From Barthelona sp. PAP020 (taxonomy: Eukaryota), in contig JARQWU010000021.1 of NCBI GenBank assembly GCA_040182905.1, positions 1 through 64,000 of the forward strand: a DNA stretch of 64,000 nucleotides. The letters are read 5' to 3'. The translations under genes and the position numbers were made by a program. Positions 29,326 through 40,541 of this stretch are shown here, piece by piece (position 1 is the stretch's first letter; the number at the start of each line of letters is the position of its first letter). Under the pieces are notes generated by a model. The model was not told the origin of the DNA. It made no database searches and saw only the letters and a program-made list of their open reading frames with translations.

Positions 29326-32300
29326 ATGAATGAAGTATTATTAGAATTATACAACAAATTATTAGCTCCAAGTAATGAAATTCAAAAAGCTACTTTGGAA
29401 GAAATTGATGAATATCAAAATGAACCAAATTTTTTATCTGAAACATTAAAAATTGTTGCAGATGATGAAATAGATCTTAAAGTTCGTTTAACGGCAATAT
29501 CAACCTTCAATACCATTGCAGATCGAAGATGGAAAGTTGGAGAAGATGAAGATAAATCTGAAATAAATGATGAAGATAAAGAAATAATCAGACAAGCTAT
29601 AGTTCCTTTGATATTTTCTTTAGAACCTCAATTGAGAACTCAATTAGAGGAAAGTTTAACAATTATTGCTTTGAATGATTATCCTAAAGATTTTCCTGAC
29701 CTATTTACTCAAATAAAAACACATTTAGAGCAAGAAGGTGAATCTCTTGAAATGGTTAATGCAATATTAGGATGTTTGAATCGTTTTTTCAAAGAATTTC
29801 CTCTATTTGATCAATCTAATGATCTATTGGATACAATTGATAAAGTGTGCGATGACTTTGGTGAATTTTATTTAAACTATTTTGTCAAGTATAGTCAAAC
29901 TTGTGTTAATGAAGCTGAAAGTATTATTGGGACAAATAACGAGCCTCAATATTTTGGAAATGTTGAGAATAAGGATTTTTTAAAGTGTTTACAATATCTT
30001 TACGACTTCTTTTGCTATTTAAATAGTCATAATTTTACAAAATTCTTTAAGGATAATATGGAAACATTTGTTGAGGTTTTTCAAGCAATATTAGATGTTG
30101 AAGACCCCGATATGGATGAATTTGAAATCATTCCTTCTTTGGTCAGTAATTTGAAGATAAGTTCCCTGAGGGCACTTACTCTAATGGTAAAACATGGGGA
30201 TGTTTTGGATGAAAGTCAAATATTTAATATTCTATCTACCTCTTGGGAACTTTTTTCCAATATTCCTATGGTTAGTCGTTTTGACCCTTTAAGATTTATT
30301 GTTGTTGATTTTCTAGTAAGTATCATTAATAAAAAGATGGCTGATGTGTTTTTTCAAAACGATGTGTTTTCAAATTTATTTCAGTCCATTATCATGCCTT
30401 TGTTGTATCCAACAGATAATGAGATTGATGATTTTGGACATTCTCCCTTACAACAGATTGATGCTGATGTTCATATGGTTGGATCTACAAAGAAAGCCAA
30501 AGTTTTTGGTTTGATTCGTTCTTTATTAAGAGAAGGAGGAGATGAAAATCTTAGTTCATTTGAAGAGGCCATTGCTTTTATGGCTGAACAAATTACTGAG
30601 GATGAAGAGAATAAAGATAAACATTTAATTGCATTAACTACATTATATATGGCATGTTCTGCCAAATCTTTAACTGATAGTACTGGATGTTTGGTTGTTC
30701 ATTCTAATTTTGATGTTTCACAATTTTTCAATGCATATATTGATCCTATTTTGAATAATACAGAGAAATCGATGGGAAAAAAGATTGATTCCAGCACTTC
30801 TATGGTATATTGCTCATTATTGCAATTCGTATTGATGTTTAGAGTTCATTTTGAAGAAGATATATTGTTAAAATTGCCAACAATTCTTGTAGAATTATTA
30901 AAAACCAACGATGATATGATATTGAGTTATGTTTCTCTTACTTTAACTGAAATTTTAAATAGTAGGGATAACACTTTATTAATAGGTTATACCCAATTAA
31001 TTAATTCTGATTACGATTTGATTGGACATATTTTTAAACAATTATGTCCAAAAATATTGCACATTACCAAAGAACAATTTCCAAACCATTATTTATTGAA
31101 CATTTTGTCAAAATTAAGTTCAATTTTAATGCCTGAATTAATGGTTCAATTGATTGAGGAAAAAGTTGTTATGAGTTTCCTTAAAGAAGCTTTTATTCAA
31201 ATTTATGATAAACCAATAGCTTCTACTTATATTTTACATTATTTTGAATTGTTAATTGGATGTTTAAATTGTTTAAATTTTAACTCTTTGGGCGATTTAC
31301 AATTATACAGTAAAATTGGAGATTCTTTGGAAGCTGGTGAAGTTAATTGTGAAAATGCAAAAAAAAAATTGATCGATATGATTGAAACTGATTTGTTTGA
31401 ATATTTTGGAAATATTTTACAGGATTTGGAAAGAGAATTGCTAGTTCCTTACATTTTCCAAGTAATTTGTGCAATATTGAAAGGTTATCAAATTCCTGTT
31501 GCTGGTTTACCTGAAAATTATGTTGAATTTATGAAAATCATCATCAATTCGGAGGAATATTGGAAAGACAAAAATATGGTTGTTTCTTTGGTAACATCTT
31601 TAGCTACTTTCATTGAATTATTGAGTGAAAATATAGAAGAAGAATATCCTGACCTATTGAAAGCTGTTGAAGAGCGTTTTAAGCAATTGATGAGCAAAAA
31701 GTCAACTGATCATATCGCTGTATTGTTGTTTTATTTAATAATTCAAAATTTAACGTTGGAAAGTTTGAGTTCAATAATTGTTGCCATTTTTTCTAAATGT
31801 TTGACAAGATTAAAAAAATCTGAGACTCATAAAGTATCTGTTGGTATTACTCATATTTTTTCCATGTTCATTTTTAAATTTGGTGTTGAAAATTTCATTC
31901 AAGTTTTTGAGAACATTAATTCGGGTTTGGCGATAAACTTTATTTCCAAAAAGTTTCCCAGTTTATTAGAATGTTGGACTAGTCATTCACCTTGTTTAAA
32001 TGTTGTGGTTATAAGCACTATTCAATTGTTGAATTATTTAAAAGAGAATTCTCTTGTTGATGAAGATGTTTGGTACAAGATATTTGAGAATTTAATTTTA
32101 TTGGTTGTTGGCAATGTCACGTTCCATTCTGATAAGAAAAAGAAATATAATTTGAAATTATCACATCATGGAATTGTTAAAGTTAGCAGGACTACCATTG
32201 AACCTGATTTTTATAAAGATTTCGAAGATATTATTGAAATTGGACAATTTGAAAAGGAACAATTGCTTCTTCATTTTGCTAACTTATGGGATGTTGATGG

Positions 32301-32367
32301 TGATAGATTATCTCAAGATAGTACTGATGCTTTGGTAAGATTGAATCAAAGACTAACAAATGAATAA
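29326..32367 (+). CDS. CSE1: Importin-beta family exportin, CSE1/exportin-2-like
   Basis: IBN_N-type N-terminus (RRWK, DKEIIRQAIV), then QLEESLTIIALNDYPKDFPDL, FFKDNMETF and PYIFQV. About 1010 aa of HEAT-like helices. Confidence 0.8.
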   Translation: MNEVLLELYNKLLAPSNEIQKATLEEIDEYQNEPNFLSETLKIVADDEIDLKVRLTAISTFNTIADRRWKVGEDEDKSEINDEDKEIIRQAIVPLIFSLEPQLRTQLEESLTIIALNDYPKDFPDLFTQIKTHLEQEGESLEMVNAILGCLNRFFKEFPLFDQSNDLLDTIDKVCDDFGEFYLNYFVKYSQTCVNEAESIIGTNNEPQYFGNVENKDFLKCLQYLYDFFCYLNSHNFTKFFKDNMETFVEVFQAILDVEDPDMDEFEIIPSLVSNLKISSLRALTLMVKHGDVLDESQIFNILSTSWELFSNIPMVSRFDPLRFIVVDFLVSIINKKMADVFFQNDVFSNLFQSIIMPLLYPTDNEIDDFGHSPLQQIDADVHMVGSTKKAKVFGLIRSLLREGGDENLSSFEEAIAFMAEQITEDEENKDKHLIALTTLYMACSAKSLTDSTGCLVVHSNFDVSQFFNAYIDPILNNTEKSMGKKIDSSTSMVYCSLLQFVLMFRVHFEEDILLKLPTILVELLKTNDDMILSYVSLTLTEILNSRDNTLLIGYTQLINSDYDLIGHIFKQLCPKILHITKEQFPNHYLLNILSKLSSILMPELMVQLIEEKVVMSFLKEAFIQIYDKPIASTYILHYFELLIGCLNCLNFNSLGDLQLYSKIGDSLEAGEVNCENAKKKLIDMIETDLFEYFGNILQDLERELLVPYIFQVICAILKGYQIPVAGLPENYVEFMKIIINSEEYWKDKNMVVSLVTSLATFIELLSENIEEEYPDLLKAVEERFKQLMSKKSTDHIAVLLFYLIIQNLTLESLSSIIVAIFSKCLTRLKKSETHKVSVGITHIFSMFIFKFGVENFIQVFENINSGLAINFISKKFPSLLECWTSHSPCLNVVVISTIQLLNYLKENSLVDEDVWYKIFENLILLVVGNVTFHSDKKKKYNLKLSHHGIVKVSRTTIEPDFYKDFEDIIEIGQFEKEQLLLHFANLWDVDGDRLSQDSTDALVRLNQRLTNE

Positions 32368-32865
32368 TATTTTGTTGGAAACATTGATGTCGGATTCGTT
32401 ATTTCAATCCTTACTAAAATTGAAAAGAAAAATATATAATTCCTTTTAAAGAATATTGGATATTGTTTCAAATGTTTGAATTATTTTTATTTATTTTTCA
32501 ATTCTCTGAATAAAAAAATTGTTGTTTGTTTTTTTTGACAAAAAAAAAATATTTTTGAAACTTTTGTTTTTTTACTTTCAAACTCCAATTCATCCCTTTT
32601 GAATCAAAAATTGCAAAAATTCTTTTGATAAACAATTAACTTGGTGGAAAAAATCATCGAAAAAAAAAAAAGAAAAAAATACACATTTTTCAAAATGTTT
32701 TTCTGTGTTCTGGAGTTGTACATGGTACAAAAGAGTGACAAGACGAACTAAAAAGCAATGTGTGATGACCGTATGAATAAAAAATGGCAAAAATTTGTTT
32801 ATTGACTAGAATTCCGAACCTTAAATCTCTTGGCTTTAAGGATAACAAATAAAAACGATGGATGC

Positions 32866-35061
32866 TTATTTGAAGGGTAAAACTGGTGGTTGAGCCTTTT
32901 TGTCTCTGGCCCTTCTTCTTCCCTTGACATCAGCTGTTTCATAATAGTGATTACCGGTTTTTTCGCCGCTCCAACCACCTTTAGGCTTATCAACAGGTTT
33001 ATTCCACTCATGATATCCACGTTTTCCTTTTAATTTATTTTTTTTAGCGGTTGCTATTTGGTTTGCTGAAACCTTTTGCCCTTGGAGCAACATTTTGGCT
33101 GTGTCTTTCACAAATGAATCCTTGAATTTCTTGCTGCGTCGAGTGGATCTCGAAGATATCTTTGCCTTTGGTTTTGAGGCTTGTTTTTGGTTTGCAGCCT
33201 CTTCATCTGCTTCCTCAAGATCCTCAATTTCATCAAAATCAGACATTTCAAAATCTTCATCGAAATCTTCTTCATCTTCTTCATCTTCGGCTTCATCTTT
33301 TGCTTCATTTTTGGCAGTGTCTTCGTCGTCCAAAATGGGAGCACGTTTCTTTTCATCACTTTCATCAACATATTCACTTTTGTTTTTGCTCTTCTTCATT
33401 GAGCTTGCGGTGTCAAAGACTTCATCCCAATCAAAGCCATGGCTCAATTCAACTTCTTCTTCGCTTTCTTCTTCGCTTTCTTCCTCTTCTTCCTCAATCA
33501 CGTTTTCTTCCTCATCTTTGACGGAAATTTCTTGTTCCTCCGTTTCATCGGCTTCATCATTTGTAGAAACAGCACTGCGCTTGGTCAATTGCTCAAGGTT
33601 CTTCTTTTGAAGGGCTTCAAATCTTTCAAGCTTTTCAGTACGATGCTTTCTACGAGCATCCTCATCGAACACTTCAGGAGGCGATACATAATGAGGAAGC
33701 TTTCCTCGAATCCAATCAGTCAACACATATTTGCAGGTGTTGTTAACATCGGGTCTGTCACCAGGGAGCAATTTTCCCATACGTCTGGCAAGCAATTCAA
33801 TAAATTCATGATGATCCTTCCATCCCTTAATGCCATACAAACGCTCCAACGCTTCAGGATTTGCCTTCTTCAGCAAGGCAGGAATGTGTCTTGAGGGCTC
33901 CTGTATCGACTCAATACGAATAGCTCCTCTCAAGACAACTTTATCACTCAAATGCTGTTTTTCTTGATCGTCCATTTCTTTCTCTTCTTTTATGGATGGG
34001 ATGACAATACCAGGACAATCAATCAAGAAGATTCTCTTCATTAGTGAAACAAACAACCAATCCCTTGTTTCTCCCGCAATTGGCGCGACCTTGACAACTC
34101 GGTCACCTCTCAAAGTGTTGATAACACTTGATTTCCCAACATTAGGGTATCCAATTAACCCGACAGAGATTTGGCTCTTCTCAGGGTGCAGATTTGAAAA
34201 CTCCCTCAACAACTCAATCAAGGGACCCTTTCCAAAAGGTTTTGTGATAGACGCATGGAAGGCGAGAGTGATATGGTCTCTGGAAAGATATCTCACCCAA
34301 CGTTCAGTGACCCATGTGGGAACCAAATCAACTTTATTCAACAGAAGAACTAAATGTCTGTGTCTGTGATCAGGACCCTTCAAATAACGCTCAATTACGC
34401 GTGATCTCGTACCGATTGGATCTCTGACATCAAGTATTTGGATGATAACATCAGAAGAATCAACAACTTTGAAGAGCTCTCCCCAAATACGCTTTGACTG
34501 ACCCTTTTGATAAATAGGTTGATCAACAGCCAGTGAAGTTCCATCATTTTCACGAATAACGTTTGAATCTTTGTCGGCATCATAATTGTTCAACTTATCT
34601 GACGCTTTTGTCATCAAACCATCCATATCTGAAACCTCCAACGTTGGACGTAATCGCTGCGCCTTCGGTCCAAATGTGTTGTCAAATGATTCAACATCAG
34701 TGATGTGAAAATTCTTTTCAACTTGGTCTTCATCATTAAACAACAAAGAATAGGGAATATCTTTTGGTTTTAACAACACTTGATGAGGGTCATGTTCTTC
34801 ATTGAATGTTTTTCTCAGGTTCTGTAATTTCTTTTGGTCAATCTTCTTAATATTAGCAAACCATTTTCTATTAGCCTCAATTCGTGCACTATCTGGTGCA
34901 ACACTCGATGCAAACTCTCCTCTTTGACCACCATCATTGGTCTTTCGAACCTTTCCTCGGTACATCCTTAATCTACGTATTGTAGACGCAGTACGTACAC
35001 TGTGAACGTTTGTTGGTTTAGGACGGTTGGGATTATCTGCAGTATGTGATTGAAGAGGCAT
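32866..35061 (-). CDS. GNL2: Nucleolar GTPase Nog2/GNL2
   Basis: KGQSKRIWGELFKVVDSSDV, DVRDPIGTRS, NKVDLVPTW, GYPNVGKSSVINTL and LIDCPG form a circularly permuted GTPase. The N-terminus is NGP1NT-type. Confidence 0.95.
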   Translation of the reverse strand: MPLQSHTADNPNRPKPTNVHSVRTASTIRRLRMYRGKVRKTNDGGQRGEFASSVAPDSARIEANRKWFANIKKIDQKKLQNLRKTFNEEHDPHQVLLKPKDIPYSLLFNDEDQVEKNFHITDVESFDNTFGPKAQRLRPTLEVSDMDGLMTKASDKLNNYDADKDSNVIRENDGTSLAVDQPIYQKGQSKRIWGELFKVVDSSDVIIQILDVRDPIGTRSRVIERYLKGPDHRHRHLVLLLNKVDLVPTWVTERWVRYLSRDHITLAFHASITKPFGKGPLIELLREFSNLHPEKSQISVGLIGYPNVGKSSVINTLRGDRVVKVAPIAGETRDWLFVSLMKRIFLIDCPGIVIPSIKEEKEMDDQEKQHLSDKVVLRGAIRIESIQEPSRHIPALLKKANPEALERLYGIKGWKDHHEFIELLARRMGKLLPGDRPDVNNTCKYVLTDWIRGKLPHYVSPPEVFDEDARRKHRTEKLERFEALQKKNLEQLTKRSAVSTNDEADETEEQEISVKDEEENVIEEEEEESEEESEEEVELSHGFDWDEVFDTASSMKKSKNKSEYVDESDEKKRAPILDDEDTAKNEAKDEAEDEEDEEDFDEDFEMSDFDEIEDLEEADEEAANQKQASKPKAKISSRSTRRSKKFKDSFVKDTAKMLLQGQKVSANQIATAKKNKLKGKRGYHEWNKPVDKPKGGWSGEKTGNHYYETADVKGRRRARDKKAQPPVLPFK

Positions 35062-35350
35062 TAAATTATCACAATGAAAAGAAATTTATTTTTTTTAAAA
35101 TACCTTAATTTTTATATTCTGAGACCTTTTCATTGATGAGCTTCACATAAACATTTATTAAATTGAATATATAAACAAATACAAAGAAATGATTTGTTGG
35201 CACTTTAAAAAAGAAATATTGTCATCCAATGTGTTGAATAAAAATGGGTGTAATGTGTGAAGATTCTCAAACAATAATTTGGAAGAGTAATCAAAGTCAT
35301 TTTTTTTTTCAAAAAAGAAATTTTGTTAATAGTACAGTTGTATTATTTTA

Positions 35351-36376
35351 ATGACAAACAATAATACACATACAACCAATTTATTAAATGATTTAGATGA
35401 TGTGTTAAAGATTGAATTACCTAATCAATTTGATTCACCAAAGATAGACAGTCAAATGGCTGAGTATACTGAATTTTTAGATTCTACAAAGATTAGTGAT
35501 TTAGAACATGATCATATTCGAAAAGTATTGAAAAAATTTTCAAAAATGTTTTCTAAATATGAAGATTCTCCTTTAGTTGCATTATTACAAGCCCATCATT
35601 CATTTCTATTAAAGGTTTCTTTATTTTTTCAAGAAAGAACACAAGAAAGAACACAAAATCGTATTATAATTCAAAATTTAGTTTCTTCCATTGAAGAAGA
35701 AGTTAAATTTTTTAGCAAAGAATCTCATTATATAAATAACTACATCGACCTGTTTCAAAAATCCAATTCAACATTATCTTCTGAAGCATTGCAATTAAGA
35801 CAGCAGATTGAGATATTTGAGCTTGAATCAGCGAAAGTTAAACCACTGAATAAAAAATGTGAACAATTTCAAAATGAAATATTGGGATTGAAAGAGAGAT
35901 TACAGACCATGGAGAGAACTAACAATGAAGTTATTGATGGGTTGCAGAAAAATTTGGCTGAACAAGAAAATACTTTTGGCAATATTGTGACAAAATTGGA
36001 AAATGAAAAGAAACAGTTGGAAACAACTTTGTGTGATTTGCAACAAAGTTTGGGATTTAGAGACAATGAAATTGAAAAGACTTTGGAAGGTATGTTACGA
36101 TTACAAGAAAAAACAGATAATAAAGTGTTAAATTTACAAAAACAACTGAGTATAAAGACAAATGACTATGATTTTTTGCAAAAAAAAAGTAAATATTTGT
36201 TATCTGAATTGGAAGAATCGATTAAAAAAGAAAAAAAATTGAAAAAAATTGTTGAAGAATTAGAAATTGAAAAGAATAAATTAAAAGGAATCATTAACAC
36301 TTGTATTGGTCTATTAGCTCATCCTGCAGAAGAATCTATTGAATTGTTAAAAGATATGATGGGAGAAAAAGTGTAA
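35351..36376 (+). CDS. Hypothetical coiled-coil protein
   Basis: 341 aa with a heptad-rich C-terminal two-thirds. The stop lies within TGTAAAT. Confidence 0.7.
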   Translation: MTNNNTHTTNLLNDLDDVLKIELPNQFDSPKIDSQMAEYTEFLDSTKISDLEHDHIRKVLKKFSKMFSKYEDSPLVALLQAHHSFLLKVSLFFQERTQERTQNRIIIQNLVSSIEEEVKFFSKESHYINNYIDLFQKSNSTLSSEALQLRQQIEIFELESAKVKPLNKKCEQFQNEILGLKERLQTMERTNNEVIDGLQKNLAEQENTFGNIVTKLENEKKQLETTLCDLQQSLGFRDNEIEKTLEGMLRLQEKTDNKVLNLQKQLSIKTNDYDFLQKKSKYLLSELEESIKKEKKLKKIVEELEIEKNKLKGIINTCIGLLAHPAEESIELLKDMMGEKV

Positions 36377-36526
36377 ATTTGATCTCTGTTTTTGTAAATT
36401 TTGAAATTGCTTTTTTTTTGTTTTTTAAACGTTTTTTTTATTTTTGTGATTTACAAATTGAATTTTGGTAAATTGATTCATACTATTTGATAATTATTTG
36501 ATAAATAATCATTTTTTATTTCGACA

Positions 36527-37606
36527 ATGAAACCTGATTCACCAGAGTCAACGAAAAAAAAAACTTTTTATCCTGATAGTGATTCTGATTCTTCGAATTC
36601 ATCTCAAAACGACAAAATATACAAAACTTCACTTGAATTGGAAACAGTTTCTGATACTGCTGGTGCTTATGACACTGACAGTTCTGATAGGTTTAATGAT
36701 GATAATGGTACTGAATTGAATTACACAGCTCTTTTTGATATTCCACTTTTGGAAATACAGTTGGATTTTGAAAGTGAAAGCGGTAATACTAGTGATAGTG
36801 ATGATGACAGTTTATCTGATTGTAATTTAGAGGAAGAAGACACAACCGAATCTGAGTTAGAGTCTGAAATTGAATTGGAAATTGAGTCTGAGTCTGAGTC
36901 TGAGTCTGAGACCGAGACCGAGACTGAATCTGAATCTGAATCTGAGAGTGAATCTAAATCTGATGATGGTGATAATAAAGAAGAGACTGCAACCGAATCT
37001 GACACAGAATCAACAAGTGAGTCTGAGTCTGAGTCTGAGTCTGAATCAGAAACTGAAAGCGAATATGAATCCGAAAAGGAAGCAAAAAAGGAATATTCTG
37101 ATTCTGATTCTGAATCTGAGTCTGAAAGCGAATCCGAATCTGAAAGTGAATTTGAAAAGGAAGAAAATGAGGAAGAGCTTGATTCTGAATCAACAAGTGA
37201 GTCTGAATCAAAATCCGAAAGTGAATCAGAATCCGAATCTGAAAGTGAATCTGAGAATGAAGAAGAGAATGAACAGGCGGAGACTGAATCTGAGTCTGAA
37301 AGTGAATCTGAAAGCGAATCTCAAAGCGAATCTGAAATGGAAGAAGAGAAAGAAGAAAAGGAAGAAGAATCCAATTATTAGTTTCAAAGCGAATCTGAAA
37401 AAGAAGAAGAGAAGAAAGAGGAAAAAAATGATTCTGAAAGTGAGCCTGAAAAGGAAGAATCAGAAAGTGAATCAGAAAGTGAGTCTGAGATGAAAAACTT
37501 CAAAAAAGAGGCTAATGATAGATATAATGATGATGATAGAGCAAATAAACATAAGCCCAACAAAAAACTTGCACCAAGACAATTTTGGACAAGATTCAAC
37601 TGTTAA
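36527..37606 (+). CDS. Ser/Glu-rich acidic low-complexity ORF with an internal in-frame TAG at 37379-37381 (possible pseudogene, readthrough or sequencing error)
   Basis: (ES)n repeats run to ...EEESNY*. The same frame continues [38 protein letters not shown]... for 74 codons to TAA at 37604-37606. Confidence 0.55.
36845..37490 (+). repeat. Degenerate hexanucleotide repeat (GAGTCT/GAATCT/GAAAGT)n encoding Glu-Ser
   Basis: Visible directly, e.g. gagtctgagtctgagtctgagtctgag at about 36883-36910 and 37019-37042. Confidence 0.9.
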
Positions 37607-38166
37607 TTAGTCAGAAAAACAACAAAAAATCTGAAAGTTTACATAAAAGTGAGGAAAGAAATTCCTCAAGTCTTTTTTTTTTCTCTTTGTATGAAATTTC
37701 CATTTGTGAATTTATAAATTCGCAGCAGATTATATACAAATTGTAAAATTGTTTTCATTTCAACCAAAATTTTCTGTGATTTACTTAAAGAGCAAAAAAA
37801 AAAGGTGAAGAAGGTAAAAATTTATATGAAAAAGAAACAAAGAAAAATTACCCTGCAATTGTTGGTTTTTTCTTTTTTTTAAAAGACAGGTGCCCATGTA
37901 CTCTATTATGCATAGATTTAACAGTTAAAATCAATCAAATCTCTTTTTTTTTTGGAAAATATGTAAAAGAATTGGATAAGAAAAAGAAAACAATTATCAT
38001 TTATTTCTTCAATGATCAAAACAATTGAAGAATTGAAAACAAAAAGATTTGGGAAATGAACAGGTTCAAATTTTGAACTTTCCAAGCATTTTTGAATTGA
38101 ACAACTTTAATAAAATACAACAACATTTGAGATTAAACAGAATTATAAAAAAAAAAAAGTTATCAT

Positions 38167-39975
38167 CTATTTGGGTTGAGAAACTAATGATTGAATGATT
38201 GCCTTTGAATATTTTAAACGTTTGAAAATTTCAGAATGTTTCGTTTTTACCAACTGGGATTGTTCTAATACCATAGGAACACGATCTTTGTTCAAATAGC
38301 CAATTTTCTTTGATCCAACATCCCAAATTAGCTTTGTATGATCAGAAAAGTTGGTTTGAACAATGCTCTTTGCAAGTCTAAAAACCATTGCTCTGTTAGT
38401 ACGAACATATGACTTCACATAATTGCATTGTTCCAAATCAGCATAGGTATCATTAGTTAACGAAACATCATGCGGGAAAACTGTTGTAGAAAGATGTTTA
38501 AACTGGTTTCTAGCATAAATAACACATGAAACTTTTTGTTGCAATTGGTCTGGAGGAGTTCGAAAATTAAATCTTATGGGTTGAGCATCATGCAATCTTT
38601 TATTCCCAAAACTATCTGTTTCTTGTGATTGAACACGTTGAATAAAAACACATTCCTCACCATGCAGAAAAGCCAACATTTTGGAATTATCATTGAACAA
38701 AATTCCCATTATACCTGAGGATAAAAGATATGAGAATCCAAATTTGGCCTCGTGATGTGCCCAAAGCAACACATGTTGGCCAGGCAAATTTTCATAACCC
38801 TTCGCAAATTGCATTGGGGCAACACCATTATTTACATTGTTTTTGACATTATTTTGTATTTTTTCCTCTTCAATCCTATTTATTTTTTGATTGAGTGTCG
38901 TTATTGATGGTTTTTTGGCAAGAGGAGAATCAACATGTTTATCAACACTTCTCTTTACAGTTGAATCAGGATTATTGTTTGCTTTTACCAATGGTGTAAT
39001 CTTTGGGGAGGCTTTTGGCGACTTTACATGCACACTCATTGGAACTGGTTGAGCAAAAAACGGATGATTCATTAAGGAAGTTAGACTAGGTCTAAATCTT
39101 CTTGAAACTAAAATAGAGTTGATTAAATCAACAATTAATTCAGGATAATCATTTGATGGATATTCAACATTTCCAACTCCTTTTAAAATGTTCTTAGCTG
39201 TTTGATCTGGGCCAAGTTTTGATTCAAAAGGAGGCTTACCAACTAACATTGTGTAAAAGCAAACACCCAAACTCCATACATCAACTTTCAATGTGTAAGG
39301 TTTTTTTTTGACAATTTCAGGAGCCATATAATTTGGGGTTCCACAACAACTGCTTCTTTCCTCCATTTTACTTCTTAAAGTCACAGCCATACCAAAATCA
39401 CAGTATTTCAAACGCTTTTCACGAGTCAATAGAATGTTAGAAGGTTTAATATCTCTATGCATTACCATATTCTCATGTAAAAAATGTAATTTATTGATCA
39501 TTTCACGTCCCCAAAAACGTATTTCATTTTCACTCAAAGGGCCTTGTTTATTTATGACTTGCTGCAAAGAAGCTCCTAATTTTTCCTGAATAATATATAC
39601 ACACTGGTCATCATTGAAATGCTCCAAAAGTTTTACCACAGGACAATTCTCTATTTGAGATAACTGAGTGTGTATAGCTAATTCTTGTTCTAATTTCGTC
39701 AAATGTTTTTGTTCCAAGCCTTCCAAAGCAATGGTTTTGCAAGCTGCAATTTTTGTAGATCTTGACATAGGATCGATATAAGTAACTTCCCAAACGGTTC
39801 CAAATCCTCCTTTTCCTAACATCTTTCCTCGCTTATATAAAATGCCATTTCTATTTGAAATAATTTCAGGTGGTTTGACTAAAACGCGTTTCCCTCGTTT
39901 TAACCGTTTAATAATTTCAACCTTTTGTGGTTGATTTGTATCAACCTCATATGGTTGATACAACACAGAATTCAT
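38167..39975 (-). CDS. PLK: Polo-like kinase
   Basis: GKGGFG, HRDIKPSN, DFG and CGTPNYMAPE. C-terminal polo boxes: W...KFGFSYLLSSG..GILFNDNSKM and QTNFSDHTKL, which keeps the His/Lys pincer. Confidence 0.93.
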   Translation of the reverse strand: MNSVLYQPYEVDTNQPQKVEIIKRLKRGKRVLVKPPEIISNRNGILYKRGKMLGKGGFGTVWEVTYIDPMSRSTKIAACKTIALEGLEQKHLTKLEQELAIHTQLSQIENCPVVKLLEHFNDDQCVYIIQEKLGASLQQVINKQGPLSENEIRFWGREMINKLHFLHENMVMHRDIKPSNILLTREKRLKYCDFGMAVTLRSKMEERSSCCGTPNYMAPEIVKKKPYTLKVDVWSLGVCFYTMLVGKPPFESKLGPDQTAKNILKGVGNVEYPSNDYPELIVDLINSILVSRRFRPSLTSLMNHPFFAQPVPMSVHVKSPKASPKITPLVKANNNPDSTVKRSVDKHVDSPLAKKPSITTLNQKINRIEEEKIQNNVKNNVNNGVAPMQFAKGYENLPGQHVLLWAHHEAKFGFSYLLSSGIMGILFNDNSKMLAFLHGEECVFIQRVQSQETDSFGNKRLHDAQPIRFNFRTPPDQLQQKVSCVIYARNQFKHLSTTVFPHDVSLTNDTYADLEQCNYVKSYVRTNRAMVFRLAKSIVQTNFSDHTKLIWDVGSKKIGYLNKDRVPMVLEQSQLVKTKHSEIFKRLKYSKAIIQSLVSQPK

Positions 39976-40541
39976 AGATTTGGATTTTGAAAAAAGAATT
40001 CTGCCAATTTTGTTCACAATTTTTTTATTGTTAATTCAAATCTTTGATTCTTTTTTGCTTTTTTTTCAAGATAAAATAATGATTATTTGTATTTATTGTT
40101 AATATTTTGAAAATTCCTCTTAAAAAAATAATACTGATTATTACCGCTCTTTTATTAAATGCAAATCCTTGATTTTTATGTTGTGTTTACCATTGAAAAA
40201 ACTTCCAAAAGATTAAAATAAAAAAAAAACTGATATGAGAATGAAACAAATGCTGCAAAAAAGAAATCTTTTTTTTTTTGAGGACTTTTACCGATTATTA
40301 TGGTTTTATTTCATCAATATGACTTGACTTATAAACATTTATGAGTTCACATTATTTACAAAGTGAATTTCAATTTCTAAAATACTTGACAAAAGAAATT
40401 CAGTCTTCTTCCTGGGTAAAATCGAAATAAAGTGTTATTTTAATGAAATAAAAGAAAATTGAACATATATTTATGAAATAAAAAAATTGAAAAAAGGTTA
40501 TTGTCTTCACTAAATGGATATACTCCAAAACAATACAAAAA

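Noticed and set aside
32755..32860. TGTGATGA resembling a snoRNA box C downstream of Nog2
   Set aside because: I found no properly placed CTGA box D or terminal stem. An Infernal or snoscan run would be needed.
33095..33894. Antisense and alternate-frame ORFs over acidic tracts (also 2117-2458, 36721-37493, 54868-55152)
   Set aside because: These are shadows of low-complexity Glu/Asp/Ser codons in real genes.
36527..37606. Genome-wide stop-codon reassignment (TAG read as sense)
   Set aside because: TAG ends RPA1, Polo kinase and the CIPK-like gene at plausible C-termini, and conserved genes show no internal TAA, TAG or TGA.
38064..38078. Short perfect inverted repeats (GTTCAAA-T-TTTGAAC; also TTGATTA-T-TAATCAA at 48484-48498)
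   Set aside because: Seven-bp arms are expected by chance in AT-rich DNA, and they do not pair up as element termini.
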